Notes: generated by a model from the letters alone, not told the origin. A stretch of 64,000 bases of DNA from an uncultured Acidimicrobiales bacterium (GCA_902805655.1 CADCTF010000053.1:5664-69663); one strand, 5' to 3'; numbered from the stretch's first letter, positions 18,749-27,653 are shown. Numbers and translations are program-made.

Positions 18749-19678
18749 ATGGTCAGCCAGGTCGGCTTATGCTCGGCCGTGGCCTCGTCGCGTGCGCCCT
18801 CCCCCACGGTGCGGACGGCTTCGTTGGTGATCACCGTGCTGATCGGCCTGGGCGTCGCCGGCCTGGCCAGCCGGGCCGAACGCCGCGACCGCACCGCCGC
18901 CGCGTTCGGTTGGGGTGGCGAGGCTCTCGCTGTCCTGTTCGGCGTTGCCGCTGTGGTCTTGCTCGCCTTCCTCATCTATGTGGTCGTGACGCAGCTGCGA
19001 GACGGTGGCGGACCTCAAGGGGAACGTCGGGCCGGTGGCAAGCGGGTCCGCTTCCTGACCGTCGCCTTGATGACGGTCTGCGTACTCGCCGCGACGCAGT
19101 GCGTGAACGGCAGAGAGCTCGAGCTGCCCCCCATGGAAGGCGGGGGGTCAGCGGAGGGCCTGCCGCCTCCACCGACCACGGAGGGTCGCGCGTCGGCCGC
19201 CGGTTCCCTTCTTCTGCTGGGGCTCGGCGCCGCGCTGCTGGTTGGAGCCGGCGTGCTCCTGCACCTGCGGCAGCGTCGACACGGCGACCCGTCGGACGAT
19301 GCGGGGGACGAGGTCTCGGGCGAAGGAGCGGGCTCGGCGGAGGAGGCACCGATGCTCGACCTGGCCGCGGTCGAAGCTGAGACCGACCCTCGAGCGGCCA
19401 TTCGCATGGCGTACGCCCTGCTCGAGCAGGTGGCGGCGTCGACGGGCATCCCTCGGCGACCGGCGGAGGCTCCCCACCAGTGGCTGTCCCGCATCCGGGC
19501 CGCTCGCTCGCCACTCGCAGGGTCGGCGAGCCGGCTCACCGCGCACTACGAACGTGCTCGGTTCAGTCAGCACGTCGTCGACGACCAGCACCGTCGCTCG
19601 GCGCTGGCGGCCCTGGCCGAAGCGATCGACGTGGCGGGTGCCGCCCGCACGTCCGCGAGCCGCGGCGGGCGTCGTTGA
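18749..19678 (+). CDS. Membrane protein with DUF4129-like C-terminal domain
   Basis: Several TM helices, then a C-terminal ...DPRAAIRMAYALLEQ...RRPAEAPHQWL...HYERARFS pattern typical of DUF4129 proteins encoded next to MoxR/DUF58. Confidence 0.6.
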   Translation: MVSQVGLCSAVASSRAPSPTVRTASLVITVLIGLGVAGLASRAERRDRTAAAFGWGGEALAVLFGVAAVVLLAFLIYVVVTQLRDGGGPQGERRAGGKRVRFLTVALMTVCVLAATQCVNGRELELPPMEGGGSAEGLPPPPTTEGRASAAGSLLLLGLGAALLVGAGVLLHLRQRRHGDPSDDAGDEVSGEGAGSAEEAPMLDLAAVEAETDPRAAIRMAYALLEQVAASTGIPRRPAEAPHQWLSRIRAARSPLAGSASRLTAHYERARFSQHVVDDQHRRSALAALAEAIDVAGAARTSASRGGRR

Positions 19679-20241
19679 AGCGCCTCGTCGTGCCGCTCGC
19701 CGCCCTGGGGGCCGCCGCGGTCGCCCTCGCTCCCCTGTTGTTGCTCGATGGGCTGGTCCGTGACGAGGCCTTCCAGGTCTTCGCCACGCTGCTCGGGGTG
19801 CTGATCGCCTGGCTGCTGGTGCAGTCGTTCGACTCACTCGGCTCCCACCCCGAGACCTCCCCGTTCACCCGCGTCCGGCGCTGGCAGCCAGGACAGGCGG
19901 CGAGACGGCGGATATCACTGCTCGTGCGGAAGGCACGCCGCAACGCCACTGAGCCCGCCGAGGCCAGACACCCGCTGGCCGGGATCATCCGCGACTCGGC
20001 GCGACGGATCGGGCCGTACCACGCCCTGCTCCTGCCACGACTCCAGGCGATCGCGGACGAGAGGCTTCGGGCCAGCGGCGGCTTCACGCTGGCGGACGAC
20101 CCGGCGCGCGCACGGGCTGCCCTTGGCGATGACACCTTCGAGCTGCTGCGGGCCGATCGCCCGGTGCCACGTGACAAGCGTGCTGACGGGCCGGGCCTCG
20201 ACGCCATCACTACGACCCTTGATGCCCTGGAGGCCCTGTGA
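19675..20241 (+). CDS. Hypothetical membrane protein (about 188 aa) in the MoxR operon
   Basis: TTG start overlaps the upstream TGA (TTGA). Two N-terminal hydrophobic helices. The stop overlaps the moxR GTG (GTGA). The start is an inference. Confidence 0.45.
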   Translation: MKRLVVPLAALGAAAVALAPLLLLDGLVRDEAFQVFATLLGVLIAWLLVQSFDSLGSHPETSPFTRVRRWQPGQAARRRISLLVRKARRNATEPAEARHPLAGIIRDSARRIGPYHALLLPRLQAIADERLRASGGFTLADDPARARAALGDDTFELLRADRPVPRDKRADGPGLDAITTTLDALEAL

Positions 20242-21218
20242 CCCAGCCCGTGCTCACCGGTGCGACGAGCGTCGAGGAGACGGCCGACGCCATCCTCGGC
20301 GAGGTCGAGAAGGCGGTGATCGGCAAACGAGACGCCTTGGAGCTGGTGTTCCTCGGGATGTTGGCGGACGGGCACGTGCTGCTCGAGGACTTCCCGGGGC
20401 TGGCCAAGACCTTGATGGCGACGTCGTTCGCCCAGGCGCTCAGCCTCGATTTCGCTCGTGTGCAGTTCACCCCCGACCTCATGCCGGCCGACGTCACCGG
20501 GTCATCGGTCTTCGACCCGCGCTCGGCGTCGTTCGAGTTCCGGCCTGGCCCGGTCTTCACCAACCTGCTCCTGGCCGACGAGATCAACCGGGCACCGGCC
20601 AAGACACAGGCGGCTCTGCTCGAGGCCATGCAGGAGGACCAGGTCACGAGCGACGGCGTCACCCACCCGCTGCCCGACCCCTTCCTGGTGCTGGCCACGC
20701 AGAACCCCATCGAGTACGAGGGCACCTATCCCCTTCCCGAGGCGCAGCTCGACCGGTTCATCCTGCGCACCAGCGTGGGCTACCCGACGGCCGACGACGA
20801 ATGGTCGATGATCGAGCGGCGCGTGGCGCGCCGGCAGGACGAGGTGGTGCTCACTGCGGTGGCTTCAGGCGGCGATCTGCTCCGGCTGCAGGCGGCGGTG
20901 GAGACCGTGCACGTCTCCGAGGTGATCGGTCGCTACCTGGTCGACCTGGTGGGGGCGACTCGGACGTCGCCGAGGGTGCAGGTCGGCGCCAGCCCGCGTG
21001 GCACCCTCGCCCTGCTCAAGCTGGCGCGGGCGCGGGCCGCGATGCGGGGCCGGGACTTCGTCACACCCGATGACGTGAAGTCCATCGCCGTGCCGGCGCT
21101 CGGCCACCGCATCCTCCTTCGCACCGAGCTCTGGGTTCGGGGAGTCCGGGCCGACGAGATCGTCGGCGAAGTGCTCGAGCGGGTGCCCACCCCGCCGCCG
21201 ACCGACCTGCGCCCTTGA
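20238..21218 (+). CDS. MoxR-family AAA+ ATPase
   Basis: 326 aa with Walker A-like FPGLAKT, Walker B LLADEINRA and PLPEAQLDRF, the typical MoxR/RavA subfamily core. Confidence 0.9.
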   Translation: MTQPVLTGATSVEETADAILGEVEKAVIGKRDALELVFLGMLADGHVLLEDFPGLAKTLMATSFAQALSLDFARVQFTPDLMPADVTGSSVFDPRSASFEFRPGPVFTNLLLADEINRAPAKTQAALLEAMQEDQVTSDGVTHPLPDPFLVLATQNPIEYEGTYPLPEAQLDRFILRTSVGYPTADDEWSMIERRVARRQDEVVLTAVASGGDLLRLQAAVETVHVSEVIGRYLVDLVGATRTSPRVQVGASPRGTLALLKLARARAAMRGRDFVTPDDVKSIAVPALGHRILLRTELWVRGVRADEIVGEVLERVPTPPPTDLRP

Positions 21219-22474
21219 CCGTTCGCTGGCCGACCCACCGGGTAGGCGGCTACCTCGGGCTGGTCCTGGCCGGCCTGATCGGCTCCCTCGTCGCGGGGCG
21301 GCCCGAGCCGGTGCTGCTCGTTGCACCCTTCGCTGTCGCGCTCGCCGTCGGGCTCGGACTGGTGTCCGGGGCGTCATCGCCAGGGGTGCAGGCCGTGATG
21401 GCCGCCGAGCGAACGGTGGAGGGCGAGCCCGTGGAGCTGTCGCTCCACGTCTCACGTCCTCCGGCCGGTTGGTCGCAGGACGTCACCGTCGAGCTGCCGA
21501 GCGAGCTGCACCCCTCGGCGACCGCCTACGACAGGAGCTCCGGCACCCTGACCGTGGCGGTGACCCCGACCCGGTGGGGGATGCACCGGGTGGGAAGGGT
21601 CGGCGTGCGCCGGCGAGACCCCATGCGCCTCTTCGTCACCGAGACGCATGTGACCCCCAGGACGCTGCTGCGCACCTACCCCAGCTCGGCCCGCCTGCGG
21701 TCGGTCGTGGAGGCGGCGGACGTGCAGGTGCGGTCCGGCAACCAGCGCAGCCGCAGCCGAGGCGACGGCATCGAGTTCGCCGACCTGCGGCCCTTCACCC
21801 CCGGTGATCGGGCTCGAAGCGTCAACTGGCGCGCGACGGCACGGCGGGGCGACCTGTGGGTGAACGTGCAGCACCCTGAGCGCAGCGCGGACACCATCCT
21901 CCTGCTCGACACCTTCGGGCAAAGGAGCGCAACCGCTCGCCTGGAGAGCCTCGACGAGGCCGTGCGCATCGTCGCCTCGCTCGCCTCGGCCTACCAGGCC
22001 CGGCGGGACCGGGTCGGTCTGCTGACCTTCGGCGGTCGGCTCCGCTGGCTCGGCCCCGGCCTAGGCGAGCGGCAGCTGTACCGGGTGGTGGACTCGCTCC
22101 TCGACACCGAGATGCTCATCTCCGACTCCTGGCAGGAGGCGGCCAAGGTGCCCATCGGCGTGATCCCGCCCCGTGCCCTGCTGCTGGCCGTGACGCCGCT
22201 CCAGAGCGATGCATCCGAGGACACGCTCGTCGACCTTCGCACCCGGGGGTTCGACGTGGGCGTCATCATGGTGCGCGTCCCCGAGGGGCCGGAGACCCGG
22301 GAGCACGCCACGCGCCTGGCCCGACGGCTCGACCGGCTCGAGCGACACACGCGCCGGCTTCGGCTCGAGCGGCTCGGCATCGGGGTCGGAGAGGTCCCGG
22401 CGGACGGATCGGTGGAGCAGGCCGTGACGGAGGTGGAGCTGTGGCGCAGACGACTGCCTCACGTACGGGCCTAG
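21215..22474 (+). CDS. DUF58 (vWA-like) protein, MoxR partner
   Basis: 419 aa with N-terminal TM helices and the signature RSRGDGIEFADLRPFTPGDRARSVNWRATARRGDLWV...ILLLD. The TTG start overlaps the moxR TGA. Confidence 0.85.
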   Translation: MTVRWPTHRVGGYLGLVLAGLIGSLVAGRPEPVLLVAPFAVALAVGLGLVSGASSPGVQAVMAAERTVEGEPVELSLHVSRPPAGWSQDVTVELPSELHPSATAYDRSSGTLTVAVTPTRWGMHRVGRVGVRRRDPMRLFVTETHVTPRTLLRTYPSSARLRSVVEAADVQVRSGNQRSRSRGDGIEFADLRPFTPGDRARSVNWRATARRGDLWVNVQHPERSADTILLLDTFGQRSATARLESLDEAVRIVASLASAYQARRDRVGLLTFGGRLRWLGPGLGERQLYRVVDSLLDTEMLISDSWQEAAKVPIGVIPPRALLLAVTPLQSDASEDTLVDLRTRGFDVGVIMVRVPEGPETREHATRLARRLDRLERHTRRLRLERLGIGVGEVPADGSVEQAVTEVELWRRRLPHVRA

Positions 22475-23058
22475 GCGCCGCGATCCGCGCGATCTCACGC
22501 ATCCGGGTGGTCACCGGGGGTCTGGCGCTGCTCCTGGCCTGGGTGCTGGCGTCGGTGGCCCTGGACGAGCCGGGGCAGTTCGACGGGCTGGTGCGGGCCG
22601 CCGGCTACGGCGGTGTGGCCGCCACGGCCATCGGCGTCGTGACGGCGGCTGCCCACTGGAGCGTGGTGGCCGCTGCGGCGCTCGGCGTGGCCTTGGCCAC
22701 CACCTGGTACGGCGGCGTGGTCAGCGGGTCTGTGCGAGTGGCTCTGTTCGGCATCGGGCTCCTGCTGCTCGCCGAGCTCATCGGCTGGTCGGCGGAGGCG
22801 CGAGAAGAGACCTTCCCCGACTCCGGCTGGCAGCCCCGAGCCGTCGTGCTGCTGCTGCTGATCGGTGGATGCCTCGTCGCATCAGGACTGGTCCTCGGCA
22901 TCCTCTCGATGCCGGTGCCGGAGGACCTCGTTCTGGCCGCCATCGGGATCGGCGCCGTCGTGCTGGTCGTCGGCACGCTGCTGACCCGCTCCCAGGCCGC
23001 AGCCACCGCCGTGGCCCCCCGAGGCGGCAGCGCCGAGACCGACCCGCCGGAGGCCTAG
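22441..23058 (+). CDS. Polytopic membrane protein, last gene of the MoxR operon
   Basis: 205 aa with about 5-6 hydrophobic helices. Overlaps the DUF58 3' end by 34 nt. No recognised motif. Confidence 0.5.
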   Translation: MAQTTASRTGLGAAIRAISRIRVVTGGLALLLAWVLASVALDEPGQFDGLVRAAGYGGVAATAIGVVTAAAHWSVVAAAALGVALATTWYGGVVSGSVRVALFGIGLLLLAELIGWSAEAREETFPDSGWQPRAVVLLLLIGGCLVASGLVLGILSMPVPEDLVLAAIGIGAVVLVVGTLLTRSQAAATAVAPRGGSAETDPPEA

Positions 23059-23858
23059 CGGCCCTTGAACTCGGGCTCTCGCTTGGCGACGAACGCCGCC
23101 ATGGCCTCGCGAGAGTCGGCAGTGCCGAAGTTGATCACCTGGCTCTGCGCCTCCGCCTCGAGCGCCTCGTCCATCGAGAGGGCGAGCGAGCCGTTCAGCA
23201 TCGTCTTCGTCAAAGAGAGCGCCATCGGCGGCCCTGCGGCCAGCCGGCGGGCCCAGTCGTCCACGAAGGCATCGAGCTCCTCGGCGGGGACCACGCGGTT
23301 GACGATGCCGAGAGCCATGGCCTCGTCGGCCGAGAGGATGTCGGCGAAGAAGGCCAGCTCCTTGGCCTTGTGCAGCCCGATCAGCCGAGGCAGGAGCCAG
23401 CTCCCGCCGAAGTCGAGGGACAACCCCCTGCGGCTGAAGATCTCAGAGAAGCGAGCATCCGAGGAGGCCACCACCAAGTCGCACCCGAGCGCCAGGTTGC
23501 AGCCCGCTCCGGCCGCCACCCCGCCCACCTTGGCCAGTGTCGGCTTGGGCAGTCGGTGAAGGGCCAGGGCGGCCGAACCGATGCGACGCATGCGGGCCAG
23601 CCCTCCCTCCCTCAACGTGGCCGCGGCGTCATCGGCGCCCGACCCGGGCGACGGCGTCCCGCCGAGATCGGCCCCGGAGCAGAAGGCACCGCCCGCACCG
23701 GTCACCACCAGCACCCGGTCCTCGTCGCGCTGCGCCACCTCGGTGAAGACTTCGCGCAGCGCATCCCACATGTCGTTGGTGACAGCGTTCCTGCGTTCCG
23801 GCCGGTTGATCGTGAGGGTGGCGACCCCTCCGTCGCGCTCGATGAGGATCTCGTCCAT
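23055..23858 (-). CDS. Enoyl-CoA hydratase/isomerase (crotonase) family protein
   Basis: TLTINRPERRNA, VVTGAGGAFCSGADL and GGVAAGAGCNLALGCD motifs. Start set at ATG 23858. Confidence 0.85.
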   Translation of the reverse strand: MDEILIERDGGVATLTINRPERRNAVTNDMWDALREVFTEVAQRDEDRVLVVTGAGGAFCSGADLGGTPSPGSGADDAAATLREGGLARMRRIGSAALALHRLPKPTLAKVGGVAAGAGCNLALGCDLVVASSDARFSEIFSRRGLSLDFGGSWLLPRLIGLHKAKELAFFADILSADEAMALGIVNRVVPAEELDAFVDDWARRLAAGPPMALSLTKTMLNGSLALSMDEALEAEAQSQVINFGTADSREAMAAFVAKREPEFKGR

Positions 23859-23941
23859 GGGCCAGCACGCTATCGACCGCGCCCGCACCAAGGACCGCCG
23901 ATCGGCGCCACCATGCGATCCGGTGGCGGCGATACTGGGAC

Positions 23942-24055
23942 ATGGGCTTCAACCCGATGCGCCAACAGCGACGGCGTTCGTCCGACTACGTCATGGTGGC
24001 CGCGGCCTTCGTCCTGATCGCCGTCGTGCTGCTGTGGGCACTGGCCCCGAGCTAG
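23942..24055 (+). CDS. Candidate 37-aa single-TM micropeptide
   Basis: Not in the ORF track (<60 aa). MGFNPMRQQRRRSSDYVMVAAAFVLIAVVLLWALAPS has a basic N-terminus plus one TM helix, and GC3 is high. Confidence 0.35.
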   Translation: MGFNPMRQQRRRSSDYVMVAAAFVLIAVVLLWALAPS

Positions 24056-24246
24056 AGGTCGAGGTCCGGCGGATCCAGCCGTACCAGGCCCGCAAGAGCT
24101 ATGTCTGCCCCGGCTGCAACCAGGACATCGGCATCGGCATCGGGCACGTGGTGGTCGTCCCCCTCACCGCCCCGGACCTTCGCCGGCATTGGCACCGCCC
24201 CTGCTGGGCGCACCGCGACCGGCGCCGCCCGGGGCGCAACAGCTGA
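24034..24246 (+). CDS. Small conserved Cys/His protein (CPGC...HWHRPCW)
   Basis: About 70 aa from GTG 24034. YVCPGCNQDIGIGIGHVVVVP...RRHWHRPCW resembles a small actinobacterial protein often auto-annotated as ATP/GTP-binding. The start is uncertain. Confidence 0.5.
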   Translation: MGTGPELEVEVRRIQPYQARKSYVCPGCNQDIGIGIGHVVVVPLTAPDLRRHWHRPCWAHRDRRRPGRNS

Positions 24247-24271
24247 CGCCGGCGATCCCTAGGCTGCTCCC

Positions 24272-24619
24272 ATGCCCACCGAGGTCCCCACCCCCGCCAT
24301 CTCCGCCGAAGAAGCCGCCTCGAAGGTGGAGTCGGGCGCCCTGCTGCTCGATGTGCGTGAAGCGGACGAGTGGACGGCCGGGCATGCGGCGGCCGCCGTG
24401 CACATGCCGCTCGGCACGCTCCAGACCCGCCACACCGAGCTGCCCAAGGACCGTCCCATCGTGGCCGTGTGCCGGGTGGGCGGCCGCTCGGAGCGGGCCA
24501 CCATCGCGCTGCGGGCCGAGGGCTACGACGTGGTGAACCTCACCGGCGGGATGCAGGCCTGGGCCGCCGCTGGGCTGCCCGTCACGACCGACGACGGGGC
24601 ACCGGGCACCGTCATCTGA
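24272..24619 (+). CDS. Single-domain rhodanese-like sulfurtransferase
   Basis: 115 aa with active-site loop VAVCRVGGRS and C-terminal LTGGMQAW. Confidence 0.85.
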   Translation: MPTEVPTPAISAEEAASKVESGALLLDVREADEWTAGHAAAAVHMPLGTLQTRHTELPKDRPIVAVCRVGGRSERATIALRAEGYDVVNLTGGMQAWAAAGLPVTTDDGAPGTVI

Positions 24620-24626
24620 GCTCGGG

Positions 24627-24980
24627 CTAGAAGGCGGCCTCGTAGACCTCGAGCCGGCCGGCCAGCACCGAGGCCACGTCGAAGCGGATCTCGGGCGGCC
24701 GATCGGAAGAGTCGGACGCCAGCCACTGTGCCGCCAGGCGACGAAGGCGCACCTGCTTGCCCCGCGTGACCGCCTCGACCGGCGAGCCGAACCGGTCGGT
24801 GGTGCGGGTCTTCACCTCGCAGAAGACCAGGACCTTCTCGGTTCGCACGACCAGGTCGAGCTCGCCCTCCCGGCACCGCCAGTTGCGATCGAGAACCTCG
24901 TAGCCGCGCTGCTCGTACCACCGGGCCGCCGCCGCCTCACCAGCTGCACCGAGCGCACGGCGAGGGTCGGGGCCGGCCAT
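24627..24980 (-). CDS. yraN: YraN-family (UPF0102) endonuclease-like protein
   Basis: 117 aa. AARWYEQRGYEVLDRNWRCREGELDLV...FCEVKTR is typical of UPF0102. Confidence 0.85.
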   Translation of the reverse strand: MAGPDPRRALGAAGEAAAARWYEQRGYEVLDRNWRCREGELDLVVRTEKVLVFCEVKTRTTDRFGSPVEAVTRGKQVRLRRLAAQWLASDSSDRPPEIRFDVASVLAGRLEVYEAAF

Positions 24981-25277
24981 CTACAGCTCCTTCTCGGGGA
25001 GCTCCTCGACGTTGACGTCCTTGAAGGTGACGACGGTGACGTTGCTCACGAAGCGGGCCGGACGGTACATGTCCCACACCCACGCGTCCTTGAGCTTGAT
25101 CTTGAAGTACGGGCGACCCGACGTGTCGGCCTGGGGAGCCAGGTCGACCTCGTTGGCCAGGTAGAACCTCCGCTCCGTCTCGACGACGAACCGGAACAGC
25201 GGCAGGACCGACTTGTACTCCTGGTAGAGCTGGAGCTCGATCTCGGTCTCGTACCGCTCCAGATCCTCGGCGCTCAT
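24981..25277 (-). CDS. DUF2469 protein
   Basis: 98 aa. MSAEDLERYETEIELQLYQEYK... is the conserved actinobacterial family found next to yraN/rplS. Confidence 0.8.
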   Translation of the reverse strand: MSAEDLERYETEIELQLYQEYKSVLPLFRFVVETERRFYLANEVDLAPQADTSGRPYFKIKLKDAWVWDMYRPARFVSNVTVVTFKDVNVEELPEKEL

Positions 25278-25338
25278 GCGGGCTGGGTCCCTTCGGAGGG
25301 CATGGAAGGCATCCTACGGCGTGACGGTGACAGACCAA

Positions 25339-25352
25339 CGCCCCTCGGGGCG
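25339..25352 (-). terminator. Short GC hairpin after rplS (CGCCC-CTCG-GGGCG)
   Basis: 5-bp stem with a 4-nt loop, 9 nt downstream of the rplS stop. No U-tract. Confidence 0.3.
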
Positions 25353-25360
25353 GTGCCGAA

Positions 25361-25711
25361 TCAGCGGACGGTGCGCTTCTCTTTGATCTTGGCCGCCTTG
25401 CCGGACCGCTCACGCAGGTAGTAGAGCTTCGCCCGACGAACGTCTCCCCGGGTGACGACCTCGATCTTCTGGATCACGGGCGAGTGCACCGGAAAGGTGC
25501 GCTCGACGCCGACCCCGAAGCTGATCTTGCGGACGCTGAAGGTCTCACGGATGCCCGAGCCCTGGCGGCGGACCACTGCACCCTGGAAGATCTGGACGCG
25601 CTCACGCGTGCCCTCGACCACGCGGACGTGCACCTTCAAGGTGTCACCGGCGGCGAAGTCGGGGACGTCATCCCGCAGGCTGCTGCGGTCGACGAGGTCG
25701 GTGGGATTCAT
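25361..25711 (-). CDS. rplS: 50S ribosomal protein L19
   Basis: 116 aa with the [16 protein letters not shown]...RETFSVRK signature. Confidence 0.95.
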   Translation of the reverse strand: MNPTDLVDRSSLRDDVPDFAAGDTLKVHVRVVEGTRERVQIFQGAVVRRQGSGIRETFSVRKISFGVGVERTFPVHSPVIQKIEVVTRGDVRRAKLYYLRERSGKAAKIKEKRTVR

Positions 25712-26472
25712 GGCGCGTCAGACTCCTGAGAAGGCTCCTGGTGGAACGGTCCAAGATAGCCCCACTCGGCCAGTGACCGCACTTCGGCCTCGGTCAGACC
25801 GCCCCGAGCCGCGATGAGGTCTGGCCGACGCTCGAGCGTCCGTCGGAGCGCTTCGGCGCGGCGCCACCTCGCGACCTTCCCGTGATCGCCCGAGCGGAGG
25901 ACGTCGGGCACCGCCCACCCGCGGAACTCGGCGGGCCGGGTGTAGTGCGGGTACTCCAGCAGCCCCTCGACGAAGGACTCGTCGCCGGCGGAGGCGGAGT
26001 TCCCCATAACCCCCGGCACCAGCCGCCCCACGGCTTCGATCACGGCCAGTGCAGCCACCTCTCCCCCGCCCAGCACGAAGTCACCGATCGACAGCTCGCC
26101 GTCGACCAGGTGGTCAGTCACCCGCTGGTCGACGCCTTCGTAGCGGCCGCAGAGGAGACTGAACCCGGGGGTGGCCGCCAGCTCGCGCGCCACGGACTGG
26201 TCGAAGCGGCGGCCCCCGGGGCTGAGCAGCAGGAGCGGGCGCACCGGCTGCACGAGCTCGACCGCGCCGAAGATGGGCTCCGGCGCCAGCACCATGCCGG
26301 CGCCACCACCGAACGGTGCGTCGTCGACCGAGCGGTGCGGGTCGGTGGCCGCGGAGCGCAGGTCGTGCACCCGCAGGTCGAGCAGAGCAGACCTGCGGGC
26401 CCGGCCGAGGAGGCTGCCGCCGACGAAGCCCTCCACCAGCTCCGGGAAGATGGTGAAGACCTCGATCCTCAC
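25708..26472 (-). CDS. trmD: tRNA (guanine37-N1)-methyltransferase
   Basis: [11 protein letters not shown]..., GGGAGMV and [13 protein letters not shown] motifs. Start set at GTG 26472, overlapping the rimM stop (GTGA). The Arg-rich upstream ORF extension is rejected. Confidence 0.9.
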   Translation of the reverse strand: MRIEVFTIFPELVEGFVGGSLLGRARRSALLDLRVHDLRSAATDPHRSVDDAPFGGGAGMVLAPEPIFGAVELVQPVRPLLLLSPGGRRFDQSVARELAATPGFSLLCGRYEGVDQRVTDHLVDGELSIGDFVLGGGEVAALAVIEAVGRLVPGVMGNSASAGDESFVEGLLEYPHYTRPAEFRGWAVPDVLRSGDHGKVARWRRAEALRRTLERRPDLIAARGGLTEAEVRSLAEWGYLGPFHQEPSQESDAP

Positions 26473-27026
26473 CCCTCGGTGCCTTCGGTGTCGGTGTCGT
26501 CGTCGTCGTCGTCGAGAAGCCCGACCGGTACGTCCACCACCAGGCGACCGGGCTCGTGGGAGACCACGAAGGTGAGTGGGATGAGCCCGCCGCCTCCGAG
26601 CACGAGCAGGTCGCTGGCCGGGTTGGCCTCCACCGACTCCACGGAGCCCAGCACCTTGCCCGCGGCGTCGACCACCTGGGCACCGATCATCTGGTGCACC
26701 CACAGCGTGCCCGGGTCGTCGAGCGGCTCGGCCAGCAGGGCCTCGCCCTTGAGGGCTTCCGCGTCGCTGCGCGTCGCCACCCCGGCGAAGGCGACGATGA
26801 AGCGGCCCTGGTGGGCGCTCGACCGCTCGACCTCGAGCCGCCGGCCGTCCTGGGTCTCGAGCACCATGCCGGGGGCCACCCGCTCGGTACGGTCGGTGGT
26901 CAGCCCCACCAGCACCTCGCCGCGGATGCCATGGGCCTTGGCTACGAACCCCACCTCGAGAAGGGTGGAGCGGCGGGGCCCGACGGGCTCAGTCGACGAT
27001 GTCGACCTTGACGTCATCGCCGTCAC
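26469..27026 (-). CDS. rimM: 16S rRNA processing protein RimM
   Basis: LEVGFVAKAHGIRGEV N-terminal barrel and a PRC-like C-terminal domain with an acidic tail. The start (ATG 27026 or 27017) overlaps the KH-protein 3' end. Confidence 0.85.
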   Translation of the reverse strand: MTAMTSRSTSSTEPVGPRRSTLLEVGFVAKAHGIRGEVLVGLTTDRTERVAPGMVLETQDGRRLEVERSSAHQGRFIVAFAGVATRSDAEALKGEALLAEPLDDPGTLWVHQMIGAQVVDAAGKVLGSVESVEANPASDLLVLGGGGLIPLTFVVSHEPGRLVVDVPVGLLDDDDDDTDTEGTEG

Positions 27027-27339
27027 GAGCGCCCGCCGCTCGGACCACGGTACGGATGGCCTGGGCGACGCGTCCGCGACGCCCGATCACCTTGCCCATG
27101 TCGTCGGGGGCGACGCGCAGGCGCAGCGTAGGCCCGCCACGTCCGTCCTCCACCTCGATGTCCACGGCGGCGGGGTCGTCGACGATCGACTGCGCCAGGT
27201 ACTCGAGCACCGTGGCCGCCGAGCCGCCGTCCAGGTCGGCGTCGTCGTCATCGATCAGCTCGTCCTCGAGCTCCTCGTCGTCCTCGTCGATGGCTGCCGC
27301 AGCCAGCTCGTCCTCCCCGAGGGGGCGGAGCTCGCTCAC
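26989..27339 (-). CDS. KH-domain RNA-binding protein (YlqC/Rv2908c-like) with acidic N-terminal run
   Basis: C-terminal [26 protein letters not shown] carries the GxxG KH motif. The GTG start overlaps the rpsP TGA (GTGA). Confidence 0.8.
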   Translation of the reverse strand: MSELRPLGEDELAAAAIDEDDEELEDELIDDDDADLDGGSAATVLEYLAQSIVDDPAAVDIEVEDGRGGPTLRLRVAPDDMGKVIGRRGRVAQAIRTVVRAAGARDGDDVKVDIVD

Positions 27340-27635
27340 TTGTGACCGGGCCGATCGACGACCTTCTTGGCGGGCTTGGTGGCCTGGAACTCGTCCCAGG
27401 CGCCGGACACCTTGAGCAGCTTCTCGACCCGCTCGGTGGGCTGGGCACCCTCGCCGAGCCACCGGAGCGCCTTGGCGTTGTCGATGTTGATCACCGAGGG
27501 CTCGGCGCGAGGCGCGTACGTGCCCACGATCTCGATGAACCGGCCGTCTCTCGGCGAACGGCTGTCGGCAGCGACGACGCGATAGGTCGGCTGCTTGGTC
27601 TTGCCCATTCGCATGAGGCGGAGCTTGACGGACAC
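27336..27635 (-). CDS. rpsP: 30S ribosomal protein S16
   Basis: 99 aa beginning [35 protein letters not shown]. Confidence 0.95.
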   Translation of the reverse strand: MSVKLRLMRMGKTKQPTYRVVAADSRSPRDGRFIEIVGTYAPRAEPSVINIDNAKALRWLGEGAQPTERVEKLLKVSGAWDEFQATKPAKKVVDRPGHK

Positions 27636-27653
27636 GGTGCTTCTCTCTTCCTG

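Noticed and set aside
13368-24626. The accessory block as a mobile genomic island.
   Set aside because: I found no integrase, transposase, tRNA, direct repeats or obvious compositional break. I treat it only as a synteny interruption.
26485-26517. Short tandem GTC/GGT repeats here, and GAG/GAC-rich repeats at about 27236-27300, considered as a possible repeat array or CRISPR.
   Set aside because: They are in-frame codon repeats encoding the acidic Asp/Glu runs of RimM and the KH protein. There is no spacer-repeat architecture.
25708-26703. 77-aa Arg/Gly-rich N-terminal extension of trmD. Similar extensions occur on the ffh (to 29120), DUF3618 (to 30065), GNAT (to 18975) and PRMT-like (to 14560) ORFs.
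   Set aside because: The extensions overlap upstream or divergent genes and lack homology. Internal starts with SD sequences or stop/start coupling fit the family N-termini.
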